Below, in pieces: positions 57,170-64,000 of a stretch of 64,000 nt of DNA. How positions within the stretch are numbered: position 1 is the first letter of the stretch; every line of letters begins with the position of its first letter. The notes beneath the pieces were generated by a model, which did no database searches, was not told the origin of the DNA, and worked only from the letters and a program-made list of their open reading frames with translations. Position numbers and translations under genes: made by a program. The DNA is from the human T2T-CHM13v2.0 reference genome, Homo sapiens, in assembly GCF_009914755.1 (NCBI RefSeq), contig NC_060933.1; one strand, given 5' to 3'.

Positions 57170-60100
57170 GTTCCATTACGTTCCATTCCATTCCATTCCA
57201 TTCGGGTTAATTCCATTCCATTCCATTCCATTCCATTCTATTCCATTCCATTGCAATCGAGTTGAATCCATTGCATTTCATTCCATTCCATTCCATTCCA
57301 TTCCATTCCAGAAGATTCCATTCCATTGCATTCCATTCCATTCAATTCCATTCCGTTCCATTCCATTCCATTCCATTACATTCGGATTGATTCTATTCAA
57401 CTCCCTTACACTCCATTACATTCCATTCCATTCGGGTTGTTGCATTCCATTCCATTCCATTCCACTCGGGTTGATTCCATTCCATTCCATTCCATTCCAT
57501 TTCGGAAGATTCCATTCCATTGCATTCCATTACTTTCCATTCCCCTGCACTCGCGTTGATTCCATTCCATTCCATTCCATTCCATTCCATTCCATTCCAT
57601 TCCATTCCATTCCTTTCCGTTCCTTTCCATTCCATTCCATTCCATGCCATTCCATTCCGTTCCATTCCGTTCCATTCCATTCCATTCCATTCTATTCGGG
57701 TTAATTCCATTCCATTCCACTCGATTGCAATCGAGTTGATTCCATTCCATTCCATTCCATTCCATTGCATTCCATTCCTTTCCATTCCATTCCTTTCCAT
57801 TCCATTACGGATGATTCTATTCCATTTCATTCCATTCCATTCCATTCCATTCCCCTGTACTCGGGTTCATTCCATTCCATTCCATTCCAATCCATGCCAT
57901 TCCACTCGTGTTGATTCCATTCTTTCCATTCCATTCAAGTTGAATCCATTCCATTGCATTCCATTCCATTCCATTCCCCTGCAGTCGGGTTGATTCCATT
58001 CCATTCCATTCCATTCCATTCCATTCCATTCCGTTCCGTTCTGTTCCATTCCATTCCATTCCATTCTATTCGGGTTAATTCCATTCCATTCCATTCCATT
58101 CCATTCCATTCCAATCGAGTTGATTCCATTCCATTCCATTCCATTCCATTCCACTCCATTCCAGTCCTTTCCATTCCATTCCACTCGGGTTGATTCCAAT
58201 GTATTCCTTTCCATTCCATTCCATTCCATTGCAATCGAGTTGATTCCATTGCTTTGCATTCCATTTCATTCCATTCCATTCCGGATGATTCCATTCCATT
58301 GCATTCCATTCCATTCCATTCCCCTGCACTCGGGTTGATTCCATTCCATTCCACTCCATTCCGTTCCATTCCATTCCATTCCATTGTATTCGAGTTAATT
58401 CCATTCCATTCCATTCCATTCCATTCCATTCCATTCCATTCCATTACAATCGAGTTGATTCCATTCCATTCCATTCCATTCCATTCCAGTCCTTTCCATT
58501 CCATTCCACTCGGGTTGATTCCATTCTATTAGTTTCCATTCCATTCCATTCCCTTCCATTCCACTCTGGTTGATTCCATTCCTTTCCATTCCACTCGAAT
58601 ACATTCCCTCCTATTCCACTCGGAACGATTCCATTCCATTCCATTCCATTCCATTCCATTCCATTCCATTTCGTTCCATTCCATTCTATTCCGTATCATT
58701 CCATTCCATTCCATTTCATTCCATTCCATTCCATTCCATTCCACTCGTGTTGATTCCATTCCTTTCCATACCATTCGGTTTGAAGGCATTCCATTCCATT
58801 CCATTCCATTCCATTCCATTCCATTCCATCCCATTCCATTCTATTCCATTGTACTCGGGTTGATTGCATTCCATTGCATTCCATTCCATTCCATTCCGTT
58901 GCATTCCATTCCATTACATTCGGATTGATTCTATTCAACTCCCTTACTCTCCGTTACGTTCCATTCCATTCGGGTTGTTCCATTCCATTCCATTCCATTC
59001 CACTCCATTCCATTGCACTCGGGTTGATTCCATTCCATTCCATTCCATTCCATTCCATTCCGGATGATTCCATTCCATTACATTCCGTTCCATTACATTC
59101 CCCTGCACTCGCGTTGATTCCATTCCATTGCATTCCATTCCATTCCATTCCATTCCATTCCATTCCATTCCATTCTATTCCATTCCATTCCGTTCCGTTC
59201 CATTACGATCCATTCCATTCCATTCCATTCGGGTTAATTCCATTCCATTACATTCCATTCCATTCTATTCCATTCCATTGCAATCGAGTTGAATCCATTG
59301 CATTTCATTCCATTCCATTCCATTCCATTCCATTCCAGAAGATTCCATTCCATTGCATTCCATTCCATTCAATTCCATTCCGTTCCATTCCATTCCATTC
59401 CATTACATTCGGATTGATTCTATTCAACTCCCTTACACTCCATTACATTCCATTCCATTCGGGTTGTTGCATTCCATTCCATTCCATTCCACTCGGGTTG
59501 ATTCCATTCCATTCCATTCCATTCCATTTCGGAAGATTCCATTCCATTGCATTCCATTACTTTCCATTCCCCTGCACTCGCGTTGATTCCATTCCATTCC
59601 ATTCCATTCCATTCCATTCCATTCCATTCCATTCCTTTCCGTTCCTTTCCATTCCATTCCATTCCATGCCATTCCATTCCGTTCCATTCCGTTCCATTCC
59701 ATTCCATTCCATTCTATTCGGGTTAATTCCATTCCATTCCACTCGATTGCAATCGAGTTGATTCCATTCCATTCCATTCCATTCCATTGCATTCCATTCC
59801 TTTCCATTCCATTCCTTTCCATTCCATTACGGATGATTCTATTCCATTTCATTCCATTCCATTCCATTCCATTCCCCTGTACTCGGGTTCATTCCATTCC
59901 ATTCCATTCCAATCCATGCCATTCCACTCGTGTTGATTCCATTCTTTCCATTCCATTCAAGTTGAATCCATTCCATTGCATTCCATTCCATTCCATTCCC
60001 CTGCAGTCGGGTTGATTCCATTCCATTCCATTCCATTCCATTCCATTCCATTCCGTTCCGTTCCGTTCCATTCCATTCCATTCCATTCTATTCGGGTTAA

Positions 60101-63100
60101 TTCCATTCCATTCCATTCCATTCCATTCCATTCCATTCCAATCGAGTTGATTCCATTCCATTCCATTCCATTCCATTCCACTCCATTCCAGTCCTTTCCA
60201 TTCCATTCCACTCGGGTTGATTCCAATGTATTCCTTTCCATTCCATTCCATTCCATTGCAATCGAGTTGATTCCATTGCTTTGCATTCCATTTCATTCCA
60301 TTCCATTCCGGATGATTCCATTCCATTGCATTCCATTCCATTCCATTCCCCTGCACTCGGGTTGATTCCATTCCATTCCACTCCATTCCGTTCCATTCCA
60401 TTCCATTCCATTGTATTCGAGTTAATTCCATTCCATTCCATTCCATTCCATTCCATTCCATTCCATTCCATTACAATCGAGTTGATTCCATTCCATTCCA
60501 TTCCATTCCATTCCAGTCCTTTCCATTCCATTCCACTCGGGTTGATGCCATTCTATTAGTTTCCATTCCATTCCATTCCCTTCCATTCCACTCTGGTTGA
60601 TTCCATTCCTTTCCATTCCACTCGAATACATTCCCTCCTATTCCACTCGGAACGATTCCATTCCATTCCATTCCATTCCATTCCATTCCATTCCATTCCA
60701 TTCCATTTCGTTCCATTCCATTCTATTCCGTATCATTCCATTCCATTCCATTTCATTCCATTCCATTCCATTCCATTCCACTCGTGTTGATTCCATTCCT
60801 TTCCAAACCATTCGGTTTGAAGGCATTCCATTCCATTCCATTCCATTCCATCCCATTCCATTCTATTCCATTGTACTCGGGTTGATTGCATTCCATTGCA
60901 TTCCATTCCATTCCATTCCGTTGCATTCCATTCCATTACATTCGGATTGATTCTATTCAACTCCCTTACTCTCCGTTACGTTCCATTCCATTCGGGTTGT
61001 TCCATTCCATTCCATTCCATTCCACTCCATTCCATTGCACTCGGGTTGATTCCATTCCATTCCATTCCATTCCATTCCATTCCGGATGATTCCATTCCAT
61101 TACATTCCGTTCCATTACATTCCCCTGCACTCGCGTTGATTCCATTCCATTGCATTCCATTCCATTCCGTTCCATTCCATTCCATTCCATTCCATTCTAT
61201 TCCGTTCCATTCCGTTCCGTTCCATTACGTTCCATTCCATTCCATTCCATTCGGGTTAATTCCATTCCATTCCATTCCATTCCATTCTATTCCATTCCAT
61301 TGCAATCGAGTTGAATCCATTGCATTTCATTCCATTCCATTCCATTCCATTCCATTCCAGAAGATTCCATTCCATTGCATTCCATTCCATTCAATTCCAT
61401 TCCGTTCCATTCCATTCCATTCCATTACATTCGGATTGATTCTATTCAACTCCCTTACACTCCATTACATTCCATTCCATTCGGGTTGTTGCATTCCATT
61501 CCATTCCATTCCACTCGGGTTGATTCCATTCCATTCCATTCCATTCCATTTCGGAAGATTCCATTCCATTGCATTCCATTACTTTCCATTCCCCTGCACT
61601 CGCGTTGATTCCATTCCATTCCATTCCATTCCATTCCATTCCATTCCATTCCATTCCTTTCCGTTCCTTTCCATTCCATTCCATTCCATGCCATTCCATT
61701 CCGTTCCATTCCGTTCCATTCCATTCCATTCCATTCTATTCGGGTTAATTCCATTCCATTCCACTCGATTGCAATCGAGTTGATTCCATTCCATTCCATT
61801 CCATTCCATTGCATTCCATTCCTTTCCATTCCATTCCTTTCCATTCCATTACGGATGATTCTATTCCATTTCATTCCATTCCATTCCATTCCATTCCCCT
61901 GTACTCGGGTTCATTCCATTCCATTCCATTCCAATCCATGCCATTCCACTCGTGTTGATTCCATTCTTTCCATTCCATTCAAGTTGAATCCATTCCATTG
62001 CATTCCATTCCATTCCATTCCCCTGCAGTCGGGTTGATTCCATTCCATTCCATTCCATTCCATTCCATTCCATTCCATTCCGTTCCGTTCCGTTCCATTC
62101 CATTCCATTCCATTCTATTCGGGTTAATTCCATTCCATTCCATTCCATTCCATTCCATTCCAATCGAGTTGATTCCATTCCATTCCATTCCATTCCATTC
62201 CACTCCATTCCAGTCCTTTCCATTCCATTCCACTCGGGTTGATTCCAATGTATTCCTTTCCATTCCATTCCATTCCATTGCAATCGAGTTGATTCCATTG
62301 CTTTGCATTCCATTTCATTCCATTCCATTCCGGATGATTCCATTCCATTGCATTCCATTCCATTCCATTCCCCTGCACTCGGGTTGATTCCGTTCCATTC
62401 CACTCCATTCCGTTCCATTCCATTCCATTCCATTGTATTCGAGTTAATTCCATTCCATTCCATTCCATTCCATTCCATTCCATTCCATTCCATTACAATC
62501 GAGTTGATTCCATTCCATTCCATTCCATTCCATTCCAGTCCTTTCCATTCCATTCCACTCGGGTTGATTCCATTCTATTAGTTTCCATTCCATTCCATTC
62601 CCTTCCATTCCACTCTGGTTGATTCCATTCCTTTCCATTCCACTCGAATACATTCCCTCCTATTCCACTCGGAACGATTCCATTCCATTCCATTCCATTC
62701 CATTCCATTCCATTCCATTCCATTTCGTTCCATTCCATTCTATTCCGTATCATTCCATTCCATTCCATTTCATTCCATTCCATTCCATTCCATTCCACTC
62801 GTGTTGATTCCATTCCTTTCCATTCCATTCGGTTTGAAGGCATTCCATTCCATTCCATTCCATTCCATTCCATTCCATTCCATCCCATTCCATTCTATTC
62901 CATTGTACTCGGGTTGATTGCATTCCATTGCATTCCATTCCATTCCATTCCGTTGCATTCCATTCCATTACATTCGGATTGATTCTATTCAACTCCCTTA
63001 CTCTCCGTTACGTTCCATTCCATTCGGGTTGTTCCATTCCATTCCATTCCATTCCACTCCATTCCATTGCACTCGGGTTGATTCCATTCCATTCCATTCC

Positions 63101-64000
63101 ATTCCATTCCATTCCATTCCGGATGATTCCATTCCATTACATTCCGTTCCATTACATTCCCCTGCACTCGCGTTGATTCCATTCCATTGCATTCCATTCC
63201 ATTCCATTCCATTCCGTTCCGTTCCGTTCCATTCCATTCCTTTGCATTCCATTCCATTCCGTTCCGTTCCATTCCATTCCATTCCCTTCTATTCGGGTTA
63301 ATTCCATTCCATTCCATTCGATTGCAATCGAGTTGATTCCATTCCATTCCATTCCATTCCATTCCATTCCTTTGCATTCCATTCCTTTCCATTCCATTAC
63401 GGATGATTCCATTCCATTGCATTCCATTCCATTACATTCCTCTGCACTCGCGTTGATTCCATTCCATTCCATTCCATTCCATTCAATTCCATTCTATTAC
63501 AATTCATTCCATTCCATTCTATTCCGTACCATTCCATTCCATTCCATACCATTCCATTCCATTCCATTCCATTCCATTCCATTCCATTCCATTCCGTTCC
63601 ATTCCGTTCCATTCCATTCCATTCCATTCGGGTTAATTCCATTCCATTCCATTCCATTCCATTCTATTCCATTCCATTGCAATCGAGTTGAATCCATTGC
63701 ATTTCATTCCATTCCATTCCATTCCATTCCATTCCAGAAGATTCCATTCCATTGCATTCCATTCCATTCAATTCCATTCCGTTCCATTCCATTCCATTCC
63801 ATTACATTCGGATTGATTCTATTCAACTCCCTTACACTCCATTACATTCCATTCCATTCGGGTTGTTGCATTCCATTCCATTCCATTCCACTCGGGTTGA
63901 TTCCATTCGATTCCATTCCATTCCATTTCGGAAGATTCCATTCCATTGCATTCCATTACTTTCCATTCCCCTGCACTCGCGTTGATTCCATTCCATTCCA
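57170..64000 (-). repeat. ~2.02 kb higher-order repeat (spacings 2027, 2022, then 2377 bp)
   Basis: ATTCCAGAAGATTCC at 57305, 59332, 61354, 63731. GGGTTGTTGCATTCC at ~57434, 59461, ~61483, ~63860. Near-identical pseudo-ORFs at 57326, 59353, 61375, 63752. Confidence 0.9.
57305..57319. promoter_or_regulatory. Heat-shock element variant lacking the central CpG, representative right-arm copy
   Basis: ATTCC AGAAG ATTCC = nTTCn-nGAAn-nTTCn; also at 33629, 59332, 61354, 63731. Confidence 0.55.

Larger units (their letters stand above)
31090..64000 (-). repeat. HSat3 / Satellite III array in inverted orientation, (CATTC)n on +
   Basis: Same motif vocabulary reverse-complemented (ACTCGGGTTG, CAATCGAGTTG, CTATTCGGGTTAA, CCGGATG) from 31090 to the window end, with no further strand switch seen. 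Confidence 0.96.

Noticed and set aside
4-63985. Hundreds of ORFs up to 417 aa (MEWNG and IPFHS repeats)
   Set aside because: (GGAAT)n and (ATTCC)n have no stop codon in any frame, and GGAAT runs supply an ATG every 5 bp. The ORFs overlap in all six frames with no domain content.
1-64000. CRISPR-like repeat/spacer appearance
   Set aside because: The interrupting motifs come from a small recurring vocabulary derived from the pentamer, not unique spacers. There is no constant 23-50 bp repeat and no cas genes.
1-64000. Alpha satellite, CENP-B boxes or telomeric repeats
   Set aside because: No 171-bp AT-rich monomer, no TTCG....A..CGGG box and no TTAGGG tract were seen. The 175-bp module is pentamer-derived and unrelated to alpha satellite.
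1-64000. HSat2 assignment, or a specific chromosome or subfamily such as chr9 or DYZ1
   Set aside because: CATTCGATTC is only sporadic, so this is not HSat2. No 3.6 kb DYZ1 period was seen. Chromosome and subfamily need a k-mer comparison that I cannot run.

Overview
The whole 64 kb window is non-coding primate classical satellite DNA of the Human Satellite 3 type (HSat3/SatIII). It consists of diverged (GGAAT)n pentamer runs punctuated by CAACCCGAGT, CAACTCGATTG and related CpG-containing motifs. I see no genes, RNA genes, transposons or CRISPR arrays; all listed ORFs are translation artefacts of the stop-free pentamer. The array is nevertheless highly structured. (1) A single sharp strand inversion lies at 31090-31094, with GGAAT on + to the left and on - to the right, joined through a 5-bp microhomology inside a 28-bp near-palindrome. 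(2) Higher-order repeats are nested and position-specific: ~8.06 kb at the left end, ~2.9-3.0 kb built from ~1.5 kb halves on both arms, ~2.02 kb at the right end, and an old 175-bp dimer module throughout. (3) About 42 (counted by eye) perfect three-pentamer heat-shock elements (GGAAT-CTTCC-GGAAT) occur, roughly one per 1.5 kb. The most interesting hypothesis is a stress-inducible, convergently oriented satellite unit able to make fold-back dsRNA across the junction; this is inference and untested. Species, chromosome and HSat3 subfamily cannot be fixed from the sequence alone. Repeat boundaries were read by eye and are approximate.
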